Positions 37,414 through 49,600 of a stretch of 64,000 nucleotides of DNA are shown piece after piece. A program made the translations under genes and the position numbers. Source of the DNA: Lingula anatina (taxonomy: Eukaryota; Animalia; Brachiopoda); contig CM120643.1 of assembly GCA_051362555.1 (NCBI GenBank), positions 11,940,644-12,004,643 on the forward strand. The letters are read 5' to 3'. Position 1 is the first letter of the stretch; each line of letters starts with the position of its first letter. The notes beneath the pieces were generated by a model. It saw nothing but the letters and a program-made list of their open reading frames with translations, was not told where the DNA came from and made no database searches.

Positions 37414-37633
37414 TTTAGTGAACCTTGAATACTTATTAAAATCGTTGCAAACGTCAACGTGACGGCTCCACCTCCCGCATGGTTATGTCTTACATAAGTG
37501 TCATCGCCAAATCAAGCAAACTGACGAAGATACTGGTGACAATCGGTTAACTCACGAATAATTCATTAACCAGGTAACACTTGGTCTTGACTGTTACGGT
37601 TCTCAGAATCTCAAAACTATTTGGTAAACCGGC

Positions 37634-40600
37634 ATGGTGCACGGACGGCTGCTCATGTCGATGGCAAGGAGAGTTTTCGCCGTTTTCTTGCTACTATTGC
37701 TGTATTGTTTCGGCGTGAATGCTGTGACTTGTCCCTGGGAGAGAGAGGGTTTGAAACCATGGAGTGAGGCAGCGTCATGGGAAACCAACCAGGTGCGTTT
37801 TTTTCTTGAGAATAGGAACTCTGTTGTTTTTTTTTTTTAACTGAACTTGTCTTTACTTTTATGCCAAAGACTGTATTATTTTTATATCCAGGATCAAAGT
37901 CCAATTAACTAAGAATATTGGACATTTTTCATAAAAAGCAACGGATGGCCAAAATCTTAGCCCTGCAGTCACTTTAGTCTTGTAGACTGAATTATCTCAG
38001 GCCACCGTTTCACCAAAAATCTTAAATCTTTATCAAAGCCTTATAAAAGTCTACTACAAAGTGGCTAACTAAGAGAGGTTCACAAAGAATCTATAATTTT
38101 ATTTGGATGACAATCGATAGCTAACAAGCTCGCGCGCTCCAAAAACCTTTGAAAAACAGGTGGAAAAGTCCAAGATGTGACGATTGATGGTGTCTCTCGG
38201 TCGTGAATGATCGTTTATCAACAATTATATCAGGCAAAACAAACAAATGAGTTCAACTTTGATACAATTCAATTCAAGATCAAAGTAATGACAACACATC
38301 AGCTAATCTTGGAAAACCGCTATTGGGCAATCGCGGCAGTGTCGCATTTTATTGTTTATTTGAATAATCAGTAAATTTCAGTAACATCCAATGAGATTAT
38401 GACACAATTTGTTGAAGAAGGTTTGTACTTTCGTAACTTTATGTTAACTTTGCCCTCAATTGACCAAGTTTTATTTGAGTTTTGCTGAATAACTTCAGGA
38501 GGCTTAGATTAGCTGACTAACTGTTAAAATCTTAGATAAAACGAGGTAAGCGGTAATAAGATATTCTTCGTGAAACAAAAGGTTGCAATCTTTGTAACGT
38601 TGGTAACAAAGATTTTATAATCAGCCAAAAACTTTTCTTTATATTTTTGTGAAACATGGGCCAGACCTTATACTAATATCCCGTCATAATTGGTCTTATC
38701 GTTGAAACCAACTTTCACTTTAAATTCTTCCCTGAAACGGCGCCCTTATGTAGATATATCCATGGCTATTAATTGGTACAAAGATGCTCATAAAAATATT
38801 GCAGTTTCGACCGTCAACAAACTGTGTGTTCATGTATGTCTTTCGTTCCTTACGATAACAATTACCAGAAATTATTTTTTGAACAAATGGAACTTTTCTA
38901 TTTGCCTGGTAAATATATATTTCCCCAAATTTAGTTAAAAATACATATGTTGATCGATAGGTTTATGCTGAAAAATATCGTCTTTTACCAAAGTGTTTTC
39001 TAATCCTCCGGTAAAATGTACCAACAACATATGAATATGTATGGGACTTTGGAATTTTTCAAAATTCCATTGGCCCTACTAAAACGATTTATAAAAATAT
39101 CATTTTTACAAACTAAAATACTATTAAAACACAACCTTTTCAAATAGAAATAACATTAAAAGTCTACTTCTTCATTCTAAAACATAGAATCAGGGTTCAA
39201 TTAAATTCATGTTACATATGAAGAATATCTTTTCTGCTTCAAATCAGGAATGTCATTATGCCATCAAATGGAAATATGTCTTTATTTTCCAGGTTCCTCG
39301 AACAGGGGATGTCGTAGAAATAGTGGATGATATCCTTTTAGACTACTCCCCACCAAAAATGTCAGAGGTACACATTGTAAACGGTGCGCGTCTTATCTGG
39401 GACGCACAAGAAGGAAGTCGCATTGAGTTAGAGGCTGGGCGTATCCATATTAGTTATGGCGGCGCTCTTGAAATCGGTGGCAGTGAACCCGAGTGCCGGT
39501 ATCCAGCTTTCAGCAAAGCCATCATCACGCTGACTGGTAGGTCGTTTTCCTTCTGTGAGCAATCAGTTGTTGTCTCTCTCTTCGTGTGATATGTTTGCAA
39601 TTTCCCAGTTTTAGAGGTATGTCTGAAGGTGTGGTCAACTTGCAGGGTCAGTTTCAAGATAAAAGTCTTAATTGTTTATTTAGTTCAGTGACCATGCCCA
39701 CAGGTCAGTGGCACAGAAATTCAATTTGGATAAATAATTTACAACGTACTTAATTTTCCCGATTTTTCACTACATTTACTATTAGCTTTGAATACATACA
39801 CTGTACAACCGTCTTAAGTGTAACGTTATATATTTTTGTTCCATAGGCCAGAGGGACGAGTTCCCAAATGAAGATGATTTCGGACAGAAGTTTCTCGGCG
39901 TGCAGGAAGGAGGGACCTTGGAACTCCATGGTGCAGATAAGATTGCTTGGACAAAACTGGCACAGACGGTAGAAAAGTTGGACGATTCCAGCGGCCTTAT
40001 TTTCAACCATGATGTAAGTTTCGTACGAAACTAATGTAGGCGTAGTTCGTTGGCCTTGTGTTAATTGGATATGGTATCTGCGAAAAGTACATGTATATAG
40101 AACTGCCGCTTCGTGAAGTATTATGTGGTATTTTATTGAATTACAGCGGACAGGTTTTAAAAAATGGCAATTTGAAGTGCGGGGTTTTCTTTTTTTGTCC
40201 ATTTCATATATCAGTTTCAGAATAATGTATTTTTAATCAGATCAAACCAAACTTGTTCGCATTGGCTCGTCATCTTTGCTTCGATGTTTAAGTTTCGCCA
40301 TGTCAATTTATTTAACAGGAGAGCGATAACTGGGACAAGAGAATGCCCGGGCTGTATGTGTATGTGATGAACCCCAGAACAGGACTGCCAGTGCGCAGCA
40401 AACAGTTCCGGTACACAAACAGGAGGAAAATGGAACAGGAACTTCCAACTTTCTTACGAAGTAAGATCACTCTATTCTCCAATACTCTGACCACAGGATC
40501 CGCTAGAAGTATTTTACGAAATTATTGTATCCAGCCTATGCTTTTTGTACGCTATTCAAATATCCCCGGATATTAGAAGGTACCGTGCGTGCTTTAGTTA

Positions 40601-43600
40601 CATACATGTATGAATGCCCTTGTCACTATGGTAAGAATCACTATGGTAAGAGTCCAGAGATGCATTTGTAAGATGAGAATACACCTCACTAATTTCAGAT
40701 AATCCAACCCATTTCTCCTTTTCCCAAAAACTCTGCCTACACAAGTACACGTATCTCACAAATCAGAATTAAGTCTTCGTGTTCGTATTTCTTATTGCGT
40801 ATTTCAGGGTTTTATTTTAGCCTTCAACTGCATGAGTCGCTGCATTTTTGTGTGGGTTTCCGTAATGAATAACAGGATAATTCATACGTATATACTTAGT
40901 TGATCTGAATGTAAGGCGTTGACAGATTAGTGATCTTGTTGATTTTCTAGCAAGTATACTTACGACAGTGATTTCGGGGCGGCTTTCGTAAACATCTTAT
41001 ATATGCGGTTAAGCTGGTTGCATTAGCTAACATACCGTGTCAAGAAGGCCATTATCGAAGAACGCCCTAAATATTGGTTAGAGGCAATACATTTTGTATT
41101 ACATACAGGTCTACTGAGAAGAATATTGCACAATAACTGGTATAGTCAAGAAGATGACTCGCCTGACAATAACCCCAGCAATGTCATAGTCAAAAAGAAA
41201 CTTAAGGGTTTTAATTACATATAAATATATACATGTACCTACAGCAGAGCCTGTGATTTTGCACTATTCTCGAGAGGCATAACTATCATGAAGGGAAAAT
41301 TTGATCTTTTTTGCCATGATAATGTAAAATTGATCTTAAGCGTCCAAACGGCGCCTTTTTTCTCTTAAAATGAAATGAAATGAAAAACCTTGTGCGTCAC
41401 CACAATCAGATATGGTAATGTCTAAAGAGAAAGAAAGAAAGAAAGAAAGAAAGAAGAAAGTCAGCATAGAATATTTTAATAGAAAATAGATTTATTGAGT
41501 TTTGATAAGGTTCAAAATAGTGATGTTTTAAAATTTTAATCTGTATTCAAAACGCCATTGTAGATATCAGAGATGGCATGGTCGTTATGATGGCTTCAAG
41601 ACGCATTCTGTTCGACGTGAGCCTCGATTTCAATCTGACCTCTGCACTGGAGGGGTTGAACGATCTTGGAGCCGAACACGTGGAGGAATACAACTTGGGA
41701 GACGCATGGTGCATGATTGCCGTAAAAGGTAGGTGTGCGTGATTGCTGTTAAAGGTAGGCGCACTTGACTGCCGTAAAAGGCAAGTGTACAGACCCAAAG
41801 AACATTACTTGTTACCTCCGCCAAGGAGGTTATGTTTTCACCCCTGTTTGTCTGCCTGTTTGTTTGTTTGTTTGTTTGTCTGTCATCAACATAACTCAAA
41901 AAGTTATGGACCGATTTTGATGAAATTTTCAGAAACTGTCAGAAGTGGGCCAAGGAAGATATGATTAGTTTTTGGTGGTGATCTGGATCAATAATCAATC
42001 AATAATCAATAATCAATAATAATAATAAATTGCTGCCTTGGCGGATGTCTGCGCTTTCGGAGTGCTTTTCTAGTTAAGTCTGTCAAAATTCTACTTTAGC
42101 GTGACAAAATTGGTATCAAGCGAAATACTTTCCCTTTTGTAAAAAAATTGTAAAATAGATGCCTGATAACAATAATAATAATAATAATGTTTATTTTTTT
42201 TTTATTTATAATCTAAAATCCATTAAAAATGTTCAGTAGACTTTACAGAAAGAGTTGTAATATGAGAGACAATTTGATATTCAGACTTTGTTTAGATATG
42301 TGTCATTTGGAAGGAGGTTTCATTTAATGTCTTCAAACCTCCCTTATACGTTTTACATTTCATAAAAACGCCACAGATAATCGTTATTGTTCACAGTCAG
42401 CAATATTTAGGACAACAATGTACAGAGTAAATCAAATACCATATTATGAACAGGAATTCCAAACATTTCACAAGAAGCACGATCAAGCGTAAAAGGTTTT
42501 CTCTACACGGAAACCTGGCTCGTCACGCTAGAACACGAGGGATTTTACTACCAAGTTCAAAGCGGAGTCGCACTGTCCCACGCATCCCCTGGTGCTGAGA
42601 ACTATGTTCGTTTCCGCGTCTTGGATCGGGTTGTGACGCCCATCATCACTGTAATTGATGACGTCACTAGTTGGGAGGCAGGTACGTGCACGTGTTTGTT
42701 ATCAAAACGTCATTTCCTGTCTGTAGATTCCCAATAAATGTATTTACATTTAGCCTACGACATCTGCTTGGTCTGGTACCACTCACCAGAAAACTTCATA
42801 ATCAATATGAAAAGAAGCATTGTTGATTTCTCTCGTTATCCCTAGAAAGCAGAAATCAGGGTACAATAACGAAATAAGCAAACTTTATCGCTAATGGGCC
42901 TTCAATCACCACAAATAAACAGGACATCAATGGGATTTTTAAATAGAATACAACTACACAACGTAACAGTAAGGTGAAAAACGAGCCGTTTTAATGAACC
43001 AGATGTACCACATATACTTTTATGTCTTATCCTAGGTGACAGAATAGTCGTGACTTCTACAGATTACGCATGGACGCAAGCAGAGGAGAGGAACCTGCTC
43101 AGGTGTGACGAATGTAATGCCAATCAGGTGAAACTTGACAGTAAGGACGAGTCTTTATTTATCTCTTTAATTGTGACACGGAAAGCGCTCACAAATTAAG
43201 CCATATATTTTAGGTCTTGTACGCTTTGATCCTTTCAGCCAACCAAATTTGACGATTTTTAAAACATGTTTTTACAAAAAATCTTCATCTTATCAAATTC
43301 TCACAAACCATCTTGCTGGTACACTGTACATGTTCTCTTATGTTCTTTTTTCTTATATCTAATTACCTTAAAACCCTAGTTTAATGCGTCTCTTTATGAA
43401 ATTTTCAACATAAAATTCGGCCTTTTCACAACCTATCAGAGGAGCTGTTTTACACGCACTGGGGTGAGGTGATCGAAAACGTGGACATGCGGGCGGAGGT
43501 CTTGGTGCTGACCCGGAATGTGGTCGTCCGCGGGGAAGTACAAGACGCTTGCTATGGTGACAACCTCTGCGATAGATTCGAATTAGACACGTGGGGAGGT

Positions 43601-46600
43601 CACATTAAGGTTGGTGTCATTATAGACGCTTAAACACTTTAATTTCTACATTTACTTGAGATGTACCTAAACAAAGCTTTCGATCACTACTGTGAGCTTC
43701 CTCAGTGTCATGAGTGTGTGATCCTCTGAGACTGTTTTAATTATAAAAAGACTGATGAATTTCCATAAAAAAGTTGATATCAGTTAGTAACAACCGTATT
43801 TGAGTGCTATTGATAACCGTACTTGTATATGCCAGTAGCTCTAAACGAGATAGACTATGTTTTAGAAAAAAATTATATTCGACCAAAATTTTGATATAAA
43901 AGTTTTTGCTGGAGGTGTAGACCATTATGCTGCTAAAAATACTGTCGCTTTCATTATTCCATATCAATGCAGATGCAGGACAGGTTTAAAGCGTGCAAAA
44001 TAGAGGGCGTGGAGCTGTGCCATCTCGGTCAACAAGTCTACGAAGGTAAACTGCGTGTTAGCCTTTAAACTATAACACGTGCTCCAGCACAAGCAGGTGC
44101 CCTTGACCTTGTCATGCACAACCGTGGAAGGGAAATGGTCTTAATTTGGCTGTGACAAAAACATAAAGAATTTAGAGTCAGATCAGATAGGAAACCTAAG
44201 CTAAAATGTTGAAATATCCAGGAGATTATTTATTTATTTCCATTCATTTATTTATTTATCTTTCATCGTAGTATAAGATATAGTGATTGGTCACTCTTTC
44301 GTATTAGTTTTTGCATAACTGTTTCGTTACGTAAAGGTAAAATTACAATGTATATCCCCTTTTGCATAAAATAGAAAGCAAAAATGTTTCCCAAAGCGCA
44401 TGATATCATTTAAAATGTGAATCTGCTACGTCATAAACAGTGGCTGAATTCCTCTCCACAACGAACATGAACAATTATTTCTTACGATTAAGTTGCCTTT
44501 TAAAATTCACGGATCCCTCTGTTAATCAAGGTTATCTGTATTGGCACTTCTCCTGCTTCAAGGTTCGTACCCCATCCATTTCCACATGGTTAAGAACGTC
44601 AGTGACTATGCCAGTGACACTGTGATCCGCCAGAATTCCATCCACCACTCCTACTCCAGGTGTACCACCTTGCACATGACACACGGCCTCAAGGTAGGTG
44701 GTCAGCGCTACCCTTACTTCTGCCAGGACCACAGTGAGGAGGATTTCACATCTAAATATTCACAGATATTTCTATGGCTAATTTTGTGCTTATCTCCTGC
44801 ACAGAAATGACGTCATCCACCAGCTGGTATCTGGTAGAGAGGGTCTTTGATACTCATTATAGAGCCCTACTGCTGATCCTAACGTTGTTCCAAGTTTTAA
44901 ACGGCATTCATGTATTTTTGGCAGTGCATTTATTTATGTAAATGCTAAACTGGGGTGATAAATACACTTTTGTTTTACTAAGTTTTAATCAAATTAGTAG
45001 ATTTAACCAAAGTACTAAGTTTTAAACAAACTGGCTCCTTATTTTCAATGAAAACAGCCTGAATACATCTTTGAATACGTTTTTCCTTTGTGTGTGTGCT
45101 CGTGTGTGTATGTGACAAAATACAGAATCTCTACAGCTACATATATTATTTTAATAGGACATTGTTCACTTTATATTTTAAAGATTTACGACAACGCTGC
45201 CTATCTGCACATCGGACACTGTTATTTCTTGGAGGACGGAGGAGAGAAGGGCATTGAATTTGACGGTAACATAGGGCTAGGGACGTTGTCCGGAACAATT
45301 CTTCCATCCGACAGAATGTAAGTATTATACTGACGTATACGAGTTGGAATTTTCAAACGTTTATTCACTGACTAACCAACATACACATGCAAGAGTATTT
45401 AAATCTTATAACTCGGTACCGATCACGTATTTACTTATTTATTTTCGTCACATCGTTTTTTGCGTGATTACGAAATACGAACTTCCTGTTTACAATATTT
45501 CTTCAAATTTATGCACGATGTCTAGATCTACGAAACGTAAGGCGTATAGTTAATTAACGAGTCAGTGCTTTCCGGAACGGTCTTTTTAATATCATATTTA
45601 TGTTTTATCGCTTTCAGACCATCTACCTTCTGGATAACGAGTCCTCTTTCTTTTCTGCGCAACAACGTCGCTGCTGGATCAGATGTACGCACCTGATGTG
45701 GATTACAGTAGAATTTTATATAATTTGTATATATATTACCACGAAATAGATTGTCTCTAGAAAAAAGGGCTATTTTCTTCCACCCACGAATCACTGCTCA
45801 ACCGTTCCTGCACCTATAGATTCCATGTTTTATGCCATTTCTAATTAAATAAATCAGTTCTTAATGACTGGCCACTTATGTAGCCCGCCATGCCTTCTCG
45901 TATATTTCACAAGGAAATATGGCCATCGGGTAGACTCATATTAATTTAACATATAACACAATCAATCAATGAACAATGACAAATGCGTGTCTGTTTTTAA
46001 GAATTTACCTAAATGTGTGCTTGTGTGTGCTTGTGTGCGTACTTTGAGCGCGCGCGCGTGCGTGCGTGCGTGCTTGTGTGGTTGTGTGTGTGTGTGTGTG
46101 TGTGTGTGCCTGTGTGTGTGTTTGTGTGTGTTCATTTTACACATTCAATACACGATATCTACTGCTTTTAATATATTATTATTTGGATTTAATTATTATA
46201 TTTCTGTCACAGGGGCGCGGCATAATGTACGTTTTCCCTGTCGAGCCGAGAGCAGAGTCCCAAGCCTGGGGATTGTTGGAACTGGGTGAGGCCGCACGCA
46301 CTCCTATACACCAGTTTGAAAACAACGTGGCTCACTCGAATAGAAGGGTAAGAGAACCACTGTGTAAATGACAGCCAAAAATGATGTAGAAACTGGTAAT
46401 TAATTAATTGGTGGATGCCAGGTTTTTGCTAAAGGGGAGAAGGAGCACAAGGGTATTTTTTAGTCGGTATTCAAATATAGAATAGTCTTCGAGGACAATT
46501 TAACTGTAATATGTAGGCCACAGAGATGGAAAAATTATATTTCCCCCGTTTTGTTTTAAACGTTTTAACATGGAAAAAGGTGAGGAAATGTTCCTTCAAA

Positions 46601-49600
46601 ACTAAAAGAGAGGGGGTACTTGCCCTCTGCGCCACCCCCAGTATCCGCAATTGTCATATTGTACTTTGGGGGAAGTATAGATAACGCGACTACATATTTA
46701 TGGACATACAGTGTACATCCCGTCAGCAGTTCACTCCCTTTACCTTTAAACATATGATTATTAACAACCATTTCTTGACCAATACCTTTAGGCCGGACTG
46801 TGGCTTGACAACATACTCGGACAAGATGGTGAAGTGCTTCGCCGAGGCAACAGCTACAAGCCACAAGTCCAGTTTCCTAACGGGACGGTAGCTCCTAAAG
46901 AGGTCATCCTATCTCGGTACACTGGCTACAAGAACATGGTGCAGAACGCCTGGCTGCGAGGCTCTCCCGTTACCATGGAGAAGAGCTCGTGAGTGATGGG
47001 GCTCATTTCCAATGAAACTTTTGTTCTCCGTAGATCGATCCAACTCTGGGGGGGGGGGACTCTCACTAAATGCAATCAGATTAACAGCTTAACACACACA
47101 CACACCCATCCTGGTACATGTAGGAGACAGAAAAGCTGGTAATTGTGGGAGTTAAAAACAAGAGGAGGCTGCTAATCTCTAAATGTGATTGCATTCAGGT
47201 ACATTGTACCTGCGGAGATGGATCAAACTAAGTAGAACGACAGTTTCTTTAGGAATGAGCCCATAATCATTCTCAAAATTGTGTTGGTGAGGATAGGTTT
47301 GCAACAATAAGTATCCCCATGTAGTTGAATTTATTACTTCCGCCAAGGAGGTTATGTTTTCACCCCTGTTTGTCTGTTTGTCTGTCTGTCATCAACATAA
47401 CTCAAAAAGTTATGGATCGATTTTGATGAAATTTTCAGGAACTGTCAGAAGCGTGCCAAGGCAGAGATTATAGTTTTTGGTGGTGATCCGGTTCAATAAT
47501 CAATCAAAAATCAATAATAATAAAAAATTGCTGCCTTGGCGGAGGTCTGCGCTCTCGGAGTGCTTTTTTAGTTTGTAAATAAAGTCATCGCAAGAGTTGA
47601 AATAAAGAATCCCAATAGCTTGACTAGTATGCATGCATGATTACACTATTATATGATACTTTTAATTTTAATACCTTTGTTTTATTTTTTATTAAAATTA
47701 ATCTTTGCATTTTTAGTATTGTGTCTGTTTCATATGCGCTTATTCTGGTTAATTGTTTTAATTATGATGTTACTAGCGAAAATTTGCATTCCTTACATCT
47801 TTTTTTTTAATCAAAATTAAAAAAGGACAAATTAGAAGGCAATCAGTCATTAAAGCTGACACAACCGTATTTAGTGTTTTACTTATGAGATAACATGTTT
47901 CTATTCCCGTTAGTTTCATTATAACCAAACAACATCAGTTAATCTTAGGAGAGTTAATTTAATCCGATTCTTCAGGTTCTCTGACAGTCCATTAGGAGTG
48001 ACGTTTTCAATGTGAGTACTGCGAGCATCCCTATTTGTTGAAACTTGTGTTAATATCTATACATTTTTTTAAAAGTAAACCATTCTTAACTTATTTTGCG
48101 TCTCATGTTGTGAGCCACCATGTACAATTTATCAATTTCGATTAATTAAGATTTCCCTTAAAATGACAAGAACGGACTTGGGTGGGTAACAAACATATCA
48201 CTGTGTGTATGTTTGTGTATGTTTGTGTGTGCGCGCGTGTGCGTTTGTGTCGAATAAAAACTACCTAATTTTATCCCTTCAATCTCACTTGGCCGACAGT
48301 GCCGGAGGTCACCCCCAGTACGTCCGGGACAGCGTGTTTGTCGGCCAGTCAGAAAATATCGGGGAACCTGCCGTTGTACTCGATAGAGAAACAAGACGAT
48401 ACGTTTATATACCTCGATCAGTACCGTCACCAAGAATGTGAGTATTTTAGAAAAGAAATATTTTCCAAAATTGTTCATGTTTCTCATCAAAAGGGACTTT
48501 CGATTATGTAAGCGAAGGTAAAGATGTCAGACACATATTTGGCCAGCGGAGCGTTTTTTTTATCATTAAAAAATCCACTCACTACTTAGCCAGAATAACA
48601 AAAAAAATTCCATCCAAAAATTTTCTATCTTTTGGAAATTCTCCGAAAGGGTCAACTGTTTTGACGAAAAGAATTAATAAAAAATAATTTTCTGAGTGAA
48701 AATCATAATCTTTGAGATTGACAAAACACATTAAAACCTATATTTTTTATATGTTTTAGAGATCGCCCGGTCACTGGAGCCTTGTTTTATGATCGCCCTG
48801 TTTATTTTGAAAATAACTGGTTCGGCGGCTACGCTACGGACGCCTATAGACCTGCCGGCGCCATCGGCTTCAAGAGAAGAGACAGAGGGTTCTCATCGTC
48901 AACCAACGGGGTGCGGGGAGCCATGTTCGGATTCACTGACGGAGTGGTAAGATATGAATCAAAAATGCAAAATTCAAAAGACGAAATTGATAAATTATGA
49001 TTGATAAAGTGAATGCCTAGGTTAATGAATACAGTACGTAGAGTATGTTCAACATAAATAACTGGACAATTTATTTTGGCTTATAGAAATTGACCACATT
49101 GTCTGGATCAAAATTCAGTATTTAACACAATGAAAAAAGCTGTTTTTTCTATGAGATTAAATCGACTTGCGGTATATTGTGATTGACTTTAGGACGGCAA
49201 CCGCATGCTCGACGGCGACGAGTCCGTCCCTGGGTTTGGTGACGAAGGCGGAGACAAGAACAAAGTGATGACAGACTACGACGGGAGTATCACGGGCACC
49301 GCTGGAGCCTTCGTAGTTAAGCAAAGGCAGTTTGTTAACACCCAGAACTGTTACAATAAAACCAACTGGAATCTCGCGGTTTGTCCAGACCGAATGGCCA
49401 AGGTAGGTCACGTGAGAGCCTAGAAAATTTAGTGCCGGTGCGACAGACAATGGTAGTCTACAGGAAACCGTAGTCCGTTTCCCATTACTTTTTTCAGGTG
49501 ACGTTCGTCCCATATACCAACCCCAATTCTACAACTAACCTTTCCCCATACTAATCATATGGCACCCCGGACATCCATTCCTTGGACAACCATTCCTGTC

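Noticed and set aside
38020-38662. Possible Harbinger-like MITE (GGCC..GTTTCAC.AAAA ends)
   Set aside because: The TIR match is short and imperfect and no TSD could be confirmed by eye.
45962-46371. Cys/Val- or His/Thr-rich ORFs
   Set aside because: Derived from a (GT)n/(GC)n microsatellite; only 46213-46347 is a real CEMIP exon.
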